From Phycisphaerae bacterium (GTDB lineage: Bacteria; Planctomycetota; Phycisphaerae; JAJVII01), in contig JAJVII010000046.1 of NCBI GenBank assembly GCA_022072085.1, forward strand, positions 6,597 through 70,596: a stretch of DNA of 64,000 bases. The letters run 5' to 3'. Under the pieces are notes generated by a model, which did no database searches, was not told the DNA's origin, and worked only from the letters and a program-made list of their open reading frames with translations. Of the stretch, positions 15,691 to 24,935 are shown piece after piece (the stretch's first letter is position 1; the number at the start of each line of letters is the position of its first letter). The translations under genes were made by a program, and so were the position numbers.

Positions 15691-16347
15691 ATGATCAGAC
15701 TCACGGACATCTCCAAGAGCTACGAACTGGGCGAGAACGTCGTGCACGCCCTGCGCGGCGTCAACCTGGAGATCGGCGCCGGCGAGATGGTCGCCGTCGT
15801 CGGCTCCTCCGGCAGCGGCAAGAGCACGCTGATGCAGATACTCGGCTGCCTCGATCGGCCGGACAACGGGCAGTACTTCCTGGAGGACGAGGACGTCTCG
15901 CGGCTGAGCAAGAACAGGCTGGCCGAGATCCGCAACCGCCGCATCGGGTTCGTCTTCCAGAACTTCAGCCTGCTGCCTCGGCTGACGGCGCTGGAGAACG
16001 TCGAACTGCCGCTGCTCTACGGCGGGGCGTCGTCGGCCAAGCGGCGGGCCGGGCTGACGCTCGAACGGGTCGGGCTGGGGGACCGCACGGACCATCGGCC
16101 CAGTCAGATGTCCGGCGGCCAGGCCCAGCGCGTCGCCATCGCCCGGGCGCTGGTGACCGACCCGGCGATCCTGCTGGCTGACGAGCCGACTGGCAACCTG
16201 GACACCGCGACCAGCAACGAGATCATGGAGCTGTTCGCCGCCCTGCACGCCGAGGGCCGCACGATCCTGGTGGTCACGCACGAGCCCGACGTGGCCGCCC
16301 GCTGCCCGAGGCAGATCCACTTACGCGACGGGCGAGTGGTGGAGTGA
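15691..16347 (+). CDS. ABC transporter ATP-binding protein (MacB/LolD-type)
   Basis: Walker A GSSGSGKST, signature MSGGQAQR, Walker B LLADEPT. Confidence 0.9.
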   Translation: MIRLTDISKSYELGENVVHALRGVNLEIGAGEMVAVVGSSGSGKSTLMQILGCLDRPDNGQYFLEDEDVSRLSKNRLAEIRNRRIGFVFQNFSLLPRLTALENVELPLLYGGASSAKRRAGLTLERVGLGDRTDHRPSQMSGGQAQRVAIARALVTDPAILLADEPTGNLDTATSNEIMELFAALHAEGRTILVVTHEPDVAARCPRQIHLRDGRVVE

Positions 16348-16353
16348 ACGACA

Positions 16354-16433
16354 GAGGTCAGGGGCCAGAGGTCAGGGATCAGTGGAAGACCGATCAGTCA
16401 CCCGCTCCTGCCTGACCCCTGGTCCCTGACCTC
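16354..16433. repeat. inverted repeat built from GGTCAGG units (stem-loop) between ATPase and permease genes
   Basis: 16354-16377 GAGGTCAGGGGCCAGAGGTCAGGG pairs with 16411-16433 CCTGACCCCTGGTCCCTGACCTC (21/23, one mismatch is G-U compatible). Confidence 0.7.
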
Positions 16434-16450
16434 TGACCCCCGGAGCTCCC

Positions 16451-17668
16451 ATGCTCATCTGGACGACCATCAAGATCGCGCTGGCGTCGCTGACGACCAA
16501 CAAGCTGCGCAGCTTCCTGACGATGCTGGGCGTGGTCATCGGCGTGGGCGCGGTGATCGCGATGCTCAGCCTGGGCTCGGCGTTCGGCGACGTCATCAGC
16601 GGGTTCATCGGCAAGCTGGGGACCAACGTGCTGTTCATCCGCCCGGGCCAGAAGGGCATCGGCGCGGTGACGATGGTCCAGACGCTGACCCCCGAGGACG
16701 GCGAGGCCATCCTCTCCATCCGCGGCGTCAAGGCCGTCAGCCCCTGGGCCCTGGGCTCCGGCCAAGTCGAGGCGGGCAACAAGAACACCAACTCGGCCAT
16801 CATCACCGGCGCGTCGCCGCCGTTCCTCTCGATCCAGAACTACGAGGTCAGCTACGGCCGCATGTTCGACGACTCGGAGGTCCGCCGCCAGGCCCGCGTC
16901 GCGGTGCTCGGGCCCAAGGTGGCCGACGACCTGTTCGGCCGGCGCGACCCCGTCGGCGAGGACCTCAAGATCAACGGCCTGCTCTTCCACGTCATCGGGC
17001 AGTTCAAGGCCAAAGGCGAGATGGGACGGTTCAACCCCGACGACCAGATCATCATCCCCTACACCACGGCCATGCACCAGCTCCCGCCGCGGCGGGACTA
17101 CGTGCAGTCGCTGGTCATCGAGACCTTCAACCGCAACCAGCTCGACCAGGCGACCGAGGACATCCGCGCCCTGCTGCGCAAGCGACACCGCCTCCAGAGC
17201 GACCAGGACGACGACTTCGACATCCAGAACATGGCCCAGCTCCTGGAGACGTTCCACGCCGTCAACCTCGGCCTGACCATGTTCCTGGGCACGGTCGCCG
17301 CGATCAGCCTGGTCGTCGGCGGCATCGGCATCATGAACATCATGCTTGCGACGGTGGCCGAGCGCACCCGCGAGATCGGCATCCGCAAGGCCATCGGCGC
17401 CAAGGACCGCGACATCCTGCGGCAGTTCCTCGTCGAGGCCCTCGTGCTCACGCTGGGCGGCGGGATCATCGGCCTGGTGCTCGGCTGGCTGCTCATGGTG
17501 GGCGTGGCAGCCGGCGTGCAGAAGTGGCTCGCGATCAGCCCCTCGCTTCAGTGGTGGGTCGTGGGCATGTCGATCGCGATTTCGACGCTGGTCGGACTGG
17601 CCAGCGGCCTCTACCCCGCCCTCCGCGCCAGCCGACTGAACCCCGTCCAGGCGCTGCGCTACGAATGA
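16451..17668 (+). CDS. ABC transporter permease (MacB/FtsX family)
   Basis: 405 aa; N-terminal TM, large periplasmic domain, C-terminal FtsX-like TM bundle (ERTREIGIRKAIGAKDRDILRQFLVEA). Confidence 0.9.
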   Translation: MLIWTTIKIALASLTTNKLRSFLTMLGVVIGVGAVIAMLSLGSAFGDVISGFIGKLGTNVLFIRPGQKGIGAVTMVQTLTPEDGEAILSIRGVKAVSPWALGSGQVEAGNKNTNSAIITGASPPFLSIQNYEVSYGRMFDDSEVRRQARVAVLGPKVADDLFGRRDPVGEDLKINGLLFHVIGQFKAKGEMGRFNPDDQIIIPYTTAMHQLPPRRDYVQSLVIETFNRNQLDQATEDIRALLRKRHRLQSDQDDDFDIQNMAQLLETFHAVNLGLTMFLGTVAAISLVVGGIGIMNIMLATVAERTREIGIRKAIGAKDRDILRQFLVEALVLTLGGGIIGLVLGWLLMVGVAAGVQKWLAISPSLQWWVVGMSIAISTLVGLASGLYPALRASRLNPVQALRYE

Positions 17669-17672
17669 ACGG

Positions 17673-19157
17673 TCAGCGGCCCTCGCCCGGCGTGGCCGTG
17701 AACAGATCGCGCCGGTGCCAGGTCTCCCATATCTCCAGGCCCATCGACCGCACGCCGGCCCAGTAGGCGGCGTCCTCCAGCGTGTGCTCCTTCAGCAGTT
17801 CGGCGATCCGCCCGGCGATGCGGCGGCGGTATTCGTCTTTCAGCGTCAGCGTCACCGATCGGCCGTTGTAGCTGAAGGTCACGCTCACGCGTCCGGCGGC
17901 CGGAGTGCCCTGCGCGAACAGCGCCCGGCCCGGCGTCGAGCCGGTGGCGACGATCACGCCGTCGTTCAGGCAACTCACCGGCGGGCCCGGCGGCACGTGC
18001 GTCACGACCTTCATGCCGTGCTGCGGCGCGTTGAGCAGCTCGGCTGCTCGCAGCCCCATCTTCACGCCGATGATCGAGTAGGCCCCGAGGTGCTCGTGCA
18101 GTTCGTTCATCACGAGCTGGGCGAACCACTCGGCTCGCCCGTTGGCTGCGATGATGCGGGCCATCCGCTCCCGCACGTCCGGCTGAAGCGACGCCGCCGG
18201 CAGGACCGGATCAACCAGCAGGACCGGGTCGCGGTGCTGGCGGCCTTCGCAGAGTTCGTGGACGAACAGGGCGGCGATGTCCGCGTCCGCCCGCGGCGTC
18301 GCCACCTGGACCCCGTCGCGCGTCTGCACGTCGAAGCGGCCCGGCGCGACCAGGTACAGCCAGGCCAACTCGTCGTAGAACTGCGCCAGGCCCGTGACGT
18401 AGTGCTTGCGAACCTCAGCCTCGCCGAGCAGGTCGCGCAGAAAGCACTCGCCCGCCGACGTGAGTGGGCCAAGCGTCCACTCGCCGGCCGCCCAGGCCTG
18501 CGGCTTGACGGCCTGGCTGTTGGGTTCGATGAAGACGATCGGGGCCTTCGACTCGCGGACCACGGCCCACGCGGCTGCGTCGCGGGCGATGTTCCAGTTC
18601 CGCACCGGGTCGGGCGGGCCGGGGATGACGATCCGTTCGATGCGGGCCGCCATCGCCGGCTGAGCCTTCAGCGCCGCCGCCAGGTTGGTCAGCGGGCCCA
18701 GCGCCAGCACGACGCTCTTGCCGTCGGGGTCAAGGTAGGAATCGGGGCGGATCGGCCTGGCCCGCACATCATCGGGCCGGCTGGTCGGCCCGGACGCGTC
18801 GAGCGCCGCCGCCAGAGCACGCTCGACGAAGGGGCGGAACTTCGGCGCCGCCGCCCTGTCTCCCATCGCCGCGGCGTAGAGCGGCACGTCGCCGCGGTTG
18901 AACCGGTCGAGCAGACGCGCCAGCAGGCGGGCCGCCTGCTCGGCCGAGCAGGCGCCGTCGGCAGCCACCACGCCGGCTAACTCCATGTCCGGGCTCTGCA
19001 ACGCCAACGCCAGCGTGGCCGCGTCGTCCAGCCCCAGGTCGGTGTCGATGACGACGGCAGGACGGGCCGGGCCCTCCGCGCCCTCGTGGGCCAGCGCCGC
19101 GCCGCCGCCAGCCGACATCAACAGAACCACCGCCAACAACCAGTTGAACCTGGGCAT
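17673..19157 (-). CDS. secreted fusion protein: inosine/uridine-preferring nucleoside hydrolase-like domain plus FmdE-like domain
   Basis: Signal peptide; IUNH start VVIDTDLGLDDAATLALAL; C-terminal third resembles FmdE (HEHLGAYSIIGVKMGLRAAELL ... VSVTFSYNGRSVTLTLK) but lacks the usual Cys ligands. Confidence 0.65.
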   Translation of the reverse strand: MPRFNWLLAVVLLMSAGGGAALAHEGAEGPARPAVVIDTDLGLDDAATLALALQSPDMELAGVVAADGACSAEQAARLLARLLDRFNRGDVPLYAAAMGDRAAAPKFRPFVERALAAALDASGPTSRPDDVRARPIRPDSYLDPDGKSVVLALGPLTNLAAALKAQPAMAARIERIVIPGPPDPVRNWNIARDAAAWAVVRESKAPIVFIEPNSQAVKPQAWAAGEWTLGPLTSAGECFLRDLLGEAEVRKHYVTGLAQFYDELAWLYLVAPGRFDVQTRDGVQVATPRADADIAALFVHELCEGRQHRDPVLLVDPVLPAASLQPDVRERMARIIAANGRAEWFAQLVMNELHEHLGAYSIIGVKMGLRAAELLNAPQHGMKVVTHVPPGPPVSCLNDGVIVATGSTPGRALFAQGTPAAGRVSVTFSYNGRSVTLTLKDEYRRRIAGRIAELLKEHTLEDAAYWAGVRSMGLEIWETWHRRDLFTATPGEGR

Positions 19158-19181
19158 GGAAAACCTCCTTCGATCAGAGAG

Positions 19182-19880
19182 CTACTGCGAACAGACGAAC
19201 CGCCCGTCGCGACAGCGTATCAGGGCGATCAGGCCGCCCGTGCCGAAGCCGCGATACCAGCTCCGCCGGGCCACCGGCCCGTACGGATCGACGTCGGCCG
19301 TCGCGTCGTAGCGCGGGCCGACGCTGTAGACGACCCAGGCGACCGGGCAGGGAATCACCTCGCCCGCGTCGCTGCGCGGCCGCGTGGCGTTGTTGTAGAT
19401 CGCGCCGGCCGGCTCGCCGCCGTCGCAGGCGTCGTGCGGAAACGCGTCGGGCACGAACAGGCTCTTGTTGACCGGCGCGTCGTTGTGGAAGCCCGGCCCG
19501 GGGCAGGCGTACTTGTAGGCGTGGCCGGGGCTGTAACGGTCCGGCAGGCCACAGGCCACGGACGACCCCTCGTCGCCGGCCGGCAGGTATCGCCCCCGGG
19601 CCAGTTCGACGGGCAACTGGCCAGAGTCGGCCAGGTTCCAGGCGTCGCACGAGGTCCGCATGGGTGGCCAGCGGTCGCGGTTGTCCAGCCCGTAATTCTC
19701 CAGGGCGTCGGCGGCCTTACGCAGCTCGCAACGGACCGTCGTCACGCGCGCCGCCTCGCGGGCCGCCGACAGCGACGGCAGCAGAATGCCCATCAGCAGG
19801 GCGAGCACCGCCACGGTCACCATCAACTCGATGAGGGTGAAGCCGTGGCGGCGCCCGCCGATGAATCGTCGGCCGATCAC
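19182..19880 (-). CDS. prepilin-type N-terminal cleavage/methylation domain protein (DUF1559-like)
   Basis: GFTLIELMVTVAVLALLMGILLPSL class III signal peptide motif near N-terminus. Confidence 0.8.
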   Translation of the reverse strand: MIGRRFIGGRRHGFTLIELMVTVAVLALLMGILLPSLSAAREAARVTTVRCELRKAADALENYGLDNRDRWPPMRTSCDAWNLADSGQLPVELARGRYLPAGDEGSSVACGLPDRYSPGHAYKYACPGPGFHNDAPVNKSLFVPDAFPHDACDGGEPAGAIYNNATRPRSDAGEVIPCPVAWVVYSVGPRYDATADVDPYGPVARRSWYRGFGTGGLIALIRCRDGRFVCSQ

Positions 19881-19895
19881 GTCAGGTTCCCCGCG

Positions 19896-20894
19896 TCACC
19901 CGGCCCGGCCGCGGCGGCGGACCGCCGCCAGCCCGCCGAGGCCCAGGCCGACCAGCAGCAGCGTCGCCGGCTCGGGCACGACGCCCAGCGTCTGCGTCCC
20001 GCCGTCGTAGCCCATCACCCAGACCCGGTAGTCGGTCGTCAGGTCGCTGCTCTGGCACTCCTGGTCGAAGATGCCGATCAGGTCGAACGTCTCACCCAGA
20101 GCCAGCGCCTGGGTGAAGTCGTCACTGACGCCCAACTTCACCGCGATGGTCCGGCCGAGCCCGTCGGTGACCTCAAGATCCCCGTAGACGCCCCAGCCGT
20201 CGGCGCCGGTGTCGGTGAACCGGACGCCGTTGATGCGAACCATGCAACCCTGGTAATACTCGGGCCCGCCGGTCGGCTGCTCGTCGAACAGCCAGTCGCC
20301 GGACGAGTCCTGCACGTCTGCCAGCGTGATCACTTCCGGCGTCACCACGCCGGGATGGCCGAGCCAGGTGATGGTGAAATCCATCGCCGGATCGCTGTCG
20401 TGCCGCTCGTTGATGTTGGTCTTGCCGGCGTGGGCGCCGCTGTAGCCCTCGACACGGATCAGGTCGCCGGCCTGAAGCTTGTGCAGCACGCCGTATTCGT
20501 CGTAGACGTAGCTCAGGCGGTTCAACTCGGCCTGCCACTCGGCCTGCGTGTAGCTGACCCCGCCCATGTTGGCGTACTTCTGGCCCATCCACAGGGCCGT
20601 GCCGGCGTGGTCGCCGCCCGTGCCCTGGATGTAGACCTGCCACTGGCCGCCAATCCATCCGGCGGCGTTCCAGGCGGCGTTCAACATGTCCTCGGCGTCG
20701 TTCAGCACCACGCCCTCAATGACCACGCGCGTGCCGCTGTTGACGTAGCCGGCCGGGTCGCCGTAGAGCGGGTTGCCGGCGGCATCGACCGCCTGGAGAT
20801 AGGAATTGGTGACCTCGGCTGCCGCGTGCAGGGCCCCGGGCCCAGCCACGACCGCCATCACCGCGAACGCGAACCCCGCAACGAACTTCCGCAT
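19896..20894 (-). CDS. secreted PEP-CTERM sorting-domain protein
   Basis: Signal peptide; C-terminal VPEPATLLLVGLGLGGLAAVRRRGR (PEP motif, TM helix, basic tail). Confidence 0.75.
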   Translation of the reverse strand: MRKFVAGFAFAVMAVVAGPGALHAAAEVTNSYLQAVDAAGNPLYGDPAGYVNSGTRVVIEGVVLNDAEDMLNAAWNAAGWIGGQWQVYIQGTGGDHAGTALWMGQKYANMGGVSYTQAEWQAELNRLSYVYDEYGVLHKLQAGDLIRVEGYSGAHAGKTNINERHDSDPAMDFTITWLGHPGVVTPEVITLADVQDSSGDWLFDEQPTGGPEYYQGCMVRINGVRFTDTGADGWGVYGDLEVTDGLGRTIAVKLGVSDDFTQALALGETFDLIGIFDQECQSSDLTTDYRVWVMGYDGGTQTLGVVPEPATLLLVGLGLGGLAAVRRRGRAG

Positions 20895-21076
20895 GGCCCT
20901 TCTCCTCTCTCAGATGCCCGCGGCGGATCCCGGCCAACCCCTCCGGCCGGCCGAGCCCGCCGCAAATATTACGATTTGGACAATTGTAATACAGCGCCCG
21001 CGAGTACTACGCAATAGAAAAATGTAGTACGGCTGGAGACGGGCTCAGACAGGCCGCTGTGGGGAAACCGGGCGGA

Positions 21077-22216
21077 TCACTGATTGATGTGAATCACCTT
21101 GGCCGGGGGGAAGCCGTTGAACCAGGTGCTGCTGGCCTGGGAGTAGGCGCCGATGTTCTCGCTGTAGACCAGGTCGCCCAGCTCCAGGTCGGGCAGGTCC
21201 TCGGCCAGCGAGATGGTGTCCAGCGCGTCGCAGGTCGGGCCGAAGACGGCGCTGATCTTCGTCAGGCCCTTCTTGAACGCCTTCACGTGATACTTCAGGT
21301 GGTCGAAGATGATGCCGCTGTAGGTGTGGTAGACCCCGTCGTCGATGTAGTAGCAGGTCTTGCCGTCGCGGACGGCTTTGCCGATGACCTTGGCCACCAG
21401 CGTCGCCGCCGTCGCGACCATGAACCGCCCGGGCTCAGCCAGGATTTCCATCTCCTTGGGGAACAGCCGGTCGAACTCGCTGTTGAGCTTGCGGGCCAGA
21501 TCGCGGAAGGGCTTGACGTGCGCGTCGTAGGGGGCGGGGAAGCCGCCGCCGATATCCAGTATCTTCACCTGAGGCCAGCCGCGGTCCCAGGCTTCGTGGA
21601 AAATCGACGCCGCCAGTTGCAGCGCCTGGACGTAGTTCTCGAAGTTGGTCGTCTGGCTGCCGACGTGGAAGCTGAGGCCCTCGACGACCAGGCCGGCGTC
21701 GAACGCCGCGGCGATGAGATCGACGGCTTCGCCCGGGGCGGCGCCGAACTTGCTGGACAGCTCGACCATCGCCCCGGTGTTGGGGACCTTGATGCGCAAC
21801 GCCAGGCCGGCGTGCGGGGCGTACTTGCGGACCTTGCGGACCTCTTCGATGTTGTCGTAGGTGACCAGCGGCTTGTACTGGTCGAGCTGTTCGAGGGTCT
21901 CGTTGGCCTTGATCGGGTTGGCGTAGATGATCTTGTCCCAGATCCAGTCCTGGCGCTGCTTGGCCGGCAGATCTTTGATGTTCTCGTGGACGATGTCGAA
22001 TTCGGGCATGCTGGCGACATCGAAGCTGGCGCCGGCCTCGTAGAGCGTCTTGACGATGGCCGGGTCGGGGTTGGCCTTGACGGCGTAGTAAGCCTGCACG
22101 CGCGGCAGGTATTTCTTGAACCGCGCGTAGTTGGCCCGCAGCACCTTGTGGTCCACGACAAACAGCGGCGTGCCGTGCCGGCGCGCCATGCTCTGGAGCA
22201 GTCGCTGATTCACCAT
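21077..22216 (-). CDS. ornithine decarboxylase-type (fold-type III PLP, group IV) decarboxylase
   Basis: ATG at 22216 (MVNQRLL..); GTPLFVVDHKVLRANY, YAVKANPDPAIVKTL (PLP lysine), FDVASMPEF; listed 770-aa ORF is an upstream read-through. Confidence 0.85.
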   Translation of the reverse strand: MVNQRLLQSMARRHGTPLFVVDHKVLRANYARFKKYLPRVQAYYAVKANPDPAIVKTLYEAGASFDVASMPEFDIVHENIKDLPAKQRQDWIWDKIIYANPIKANETLEQLDQYKPLVTYDNIEEVRKVRKYAPHAGLALRIKVPNTGAMVELSSKFGAAPGEAVDLIAAAFDAGLVVEGLSFHVGSQTTNFENYVQALQLAASIFHEAWDRGWPQVKILDIGGGFPAPYDAHVKPFRDLARKLNSEFDRLFPKEMEILAEPGRFMVATAATLVAKVIGKAVRDGKTCYYIDDGVYHTYSGIIFDHLKYHVKAFKKGLTKISAVFGPTCDALDTISLAEDLPDLELGDLVYSENIGAYSQASSTWFNGFPPAKVIHINQ

Positions 22217-22263
22217 GTCAATCTCCCCCGGCCGACGTCCGGACCGGGCAAACCCGCGGCGGT

Positions 22264-23721
22264 TCAATCGCCGTCGGTCACCAGGAAGTTCTTGAACTGC
22301 CAGGGGTCGTCCCGGTCGATGGCCGGCTTGTTGAACCCCTCGAACGCGCTGGCGTAGTGCTTCAGCGGCGTCCAGTCCGACGGGGTCGAAATGAACCGGC
22401 CGAGGTACGGCCTGGAAACCTTTAGGATGTACTCGTGCGGCAGGTCGTCGGGAACCAGCACGCCCCGGGCCGGGTTCTGGATCATCCACATCGACGCCGC
22501 CACGACGCTGATGGCCACCTGCATGGTCGTCGCGTTCTGGTGCGGCACCAGGCGGCGCGATTCCTCGATCGACAGGTCGCTGCCGGTCCACCACGAGTTG
22601 TACGGATGGCCCATCAGCAGCGCGCCCAGGATGTCCGACCCGCTGACGATCTCGTCGTTGACGATCCGCACGCGCTCGGGCAGTTCGTAGTTGTAGCCGC
22701 GCAGCTCGTTGAGGCTGGCAATAGCCACGTCCGCGGGGCAATAGGCGTAGTGCATCGTCGGCCGATAGACCGCCTTGCCGTTCTCCCACACGGTCAGCCG
22801 ATCGGAAATCGTGAACGCCTCGCCGTGGCGGACGATCATGCCCTGGATGCGGTAGTTGGGAACCCAGGAGACGACCCAGGTGTTGATGCCCATGCGGGCC
22901 AGGCATATCTGGTTGCGCGGGCCCTCGCTGTGCTCGTAGGCCAGCGCGGGCAGTTCCTTCTCGTGCGTGCCCCAGCCCATCTCGGCGGTCGTGGTGCCCT
23001 CCTCCCGGAAGCCCTCGACGCTCCAGGTGTTGACGAACTCGTCGACCTCCTTGGGCTTGTCGGTGATCTGCGTGTCGCGCTCCGAGCAGTGGATGACCTT
23101 CACGCCCAGCGCCATCGCCAGCCGATTGAACGTGCGGTCCTTGGCGTACTGGGCGATCCGCTCGGCAGCCTGGCCGGCGAACTTCCTGTCGGCCAGCGCC
23201 CGCTCGGCAATGTCCAGCAGGCCCTGCTTGGTGAAGTGCGAGATCAGCCCCGGGTTGGCGCCGTGCTCCAGGACGGCCGTGGGCCCGGGCGAGGCCCATT
23301 TGGCCGTCATCTCGCGGATCCGCATGTGCCGCCAGTAGAGCGTCCGCTCGGTCGGGTGCTTGCGCTCGGCGCCGGCGTATGGGTCCCACAGTTCAACGGA
23401 GGTGTTGATGTAGAGCACGCCGCGGTCGTGGCACCACTGGAGGATCTCGGTGGCCTCGATGTTCCAGGCCAGGTCGATCAGCAGGTCGCCGGCCGACACG
23501 CGCTTGCCCAGCAGCGCGCCCATGTTTTCCTTCGTCACGCGGTCGCGCACGAAGGTGACGCCCTTGTCGGTCCACTCCTTCAGTTCGCCGCTGCGGTCCT
23601 CGAAGTCCATCACGGTGATATTCTTCATCGGGACCTTGAGGTGCTTGGCCAGGATGGGCAGCGTGCACTGGGCCACCGCGCCATAGCCGACGAACAGGAC
23701 CTTGTTGCCGAACTCGAGCAT
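22264..23721 (-). CDS. hss: homospermidine synthase
   Basis: ATG at 23721; 485 aa; NAD fold KVLFVGYGAVAQCTLPIL and overall resemblance to bacterial HSS; 47 nt upstream of the decarboxylase gene. Confidence 0.8.
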   Translation of the reverse strand: MLEFGNKVLFVGYGAVAQCTLPILAKHLKVPMKNITVMDFEDRSGELKEWTDKGVTFVRDRVTKENMGALLGKRVSAGDLLIDLAWNIEATEILQWCHDRGVLYINTSVELWDPYAGAERKHPTERTLYWRHMRIREMTAKWASPGPTAVLEHGANPGLISHFTKQGLLDIAERALADRKFAGQAAERIAQYAKDRTFNRLAMALGVKVIHCSERDTQITDKPKEVDEFVNTWSVEGFREEGTTTAEMGWGTHEKELPALAYEHSEGPRNQICLARMGINTWVVSWVPNYRIQGMIVRHGEAFTISDRLTVWENGKAVYRPTMHYAYCPADVAIASLNELRGYNYELPERVRIVNDEIVSGSDILGALLMGHPYNSWWTGSDLSIEESRRLVPHQNATTMQVAISVVAASMWMIQNPARGVLVPDDLPHEYILKVSRPYLGRFISTPSDWTPLKHYASAFEGFNKPAIDRDDPWQFKNFLVTDGD

Positions 23722-23879
23722 CTCCGACGTTCTCCTTTCGCGCCGCGGCCGGGCCGGGCGGCCTGGTTGGGATTTCACGGCAAGGATTCTCTTCACCCAG
23801 CCGCCCGGGGTCAAGTCATCTCTGCGATGGAGGCGGACTTTTCGCGCGACGGTCCGGGTCTTCCCCCCCCGGGGCGGGC

Positions 23880-24935
23880 TCACTGGGCCTTGATCCGCGT
23901 CCAGACCTCGTCGTACAGACGCGTGTCGGCGCCGACGTCGCGGAGGTATTCCAGCTTCTTCATCTGCTCGGGGCCGGGGTAGATCGCCGGGTTCTCGCGG
24001 TCGGAAGCGTGGATCATCGGCAGCGACGCCTTGTTGGGCGAGGCGTAGCGGATGAAGTTGGAAAGCTGCGCCCCGGCCTTCGCGTCCAGGAGGAAGTTGA
24101 TCCACTTGTGGGCGTTGGCGACGTGCGGGGCGTCGGCCGGTATCGTCATCGCGTCCACCCAGATGACCGCCCCTTCGCGCGGCAGCAGGTAGCCGACGTG
24201 GGGATCCTCCAGCCGGACCGCGTCGCCGTTGTAGACCATGCCGATCAGCGCCTGGCCGGCCTGCACCTTGTTCAGCGCCGCCACGCCGCCGTCGAAGGCC
24301 GTCACCTGGCCGCCCTTGGCCGCCAGGATCGCGTCAGCCGCCTCCTTGAGCTGCCCGGGGTCGGTGCTGTTGATGTCGCATCCCTTGTACGCCAGCGCCG
24401 CCGCCATCATGTCGCGCATCGAGTCCATCAGCACGACCGGGCCCGGCTGCCGCGCCGGGTCCAGGATCATCGCCCAGGTCGGCTCCATGTTGGGCAGCTT
24501 GTCGGTGCGGTAGGCCAGCCCCACCGTGCCCCACTGGTAGGGCAGGCTGTACTTGCCCTCGGGGTCGTAGGGCGGGTTGACGAACTTGTCGGCAACGTTG
24601 GCGGCGTTGGGAATCTGCTTCATGTCCAGCGGCCGGATCATGCCCTTCTTGGCCATCACGCTGATCGCGTGGTCCGAGACGACCACGACGTCATACTGCC
24701 GCGGTGCCCGCTCCAGGGTCGCCAGCATCTCCTCAGTCGTCTCGTAGACGTCCAGCTTCACCTTGATGCCGGTCTCCTGCTCGAACTCCTCCGGCAGCTT
24801 GGGGTCGATGTATTCGCTGTACATGTAGACGGTGACGACCTTCTCGGCCGACGGGTCGGCCTTGCGGTGACACCCGGCTGCCGGCAGGCAGACCGCCGCC
24901 AGCAGCAACGCCGTCGCGAGCACCCGTCGAGTCAT
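23880..24935 (-). CDS. potD: spermidine/putrescine ABC transporter substrate-binding protein
   Basis: ATG at 24935; signal/lipoprotein-like N-terminus (LLLAAVCLPAAGC); PotD-like VVTVYMYSEYIDPKLPEEFEQETGIKV. Confidence 0.85.
   Translation of the reverse strand: MTRRVLATALLLAAVCLPAAGCHRKADPSAEKVVTVYMYSEYIDPKLPEEFEQETGIKVKLDVYETTEEMLATLERAPRQYDVVVVSDHAISVMAKKGMIRPLDMKQIPNAANVADKFVNPPYDPEGKYSLPYQWGTVGLAYRTDKLPNMEPTWAMILDPARQPGPVVLMDSMRDMMAAALAYKGCDINSTDPGQLKEAADAILAAKGGQVTAFDGGVAALNKVQAGQALIGMVYNGDAVRLEDPHVGYLLPREGAVIWVDAMTIPADAPHVANAHKWINFLLDAKAGAQLSNFIRYASPNKASLPMIHASDRENPAIYPGPEQMKKLEYLRDVGADTRLYDEVWTRIKAQ

Noticed and set aside
20960-21035. AT-rich patch with short inverted repeats (GTACTAC-N13-GTAGTAC at 21004-21030; ATTAC..GTAAT) and a TACAAT on the minus strand upstream of the PEP-CTERM gene.
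   Set aside because: The arms are only 5-7 bp and no matching -35 was found. It is plausibly a promoter/operator region but not supportable as a specific site.
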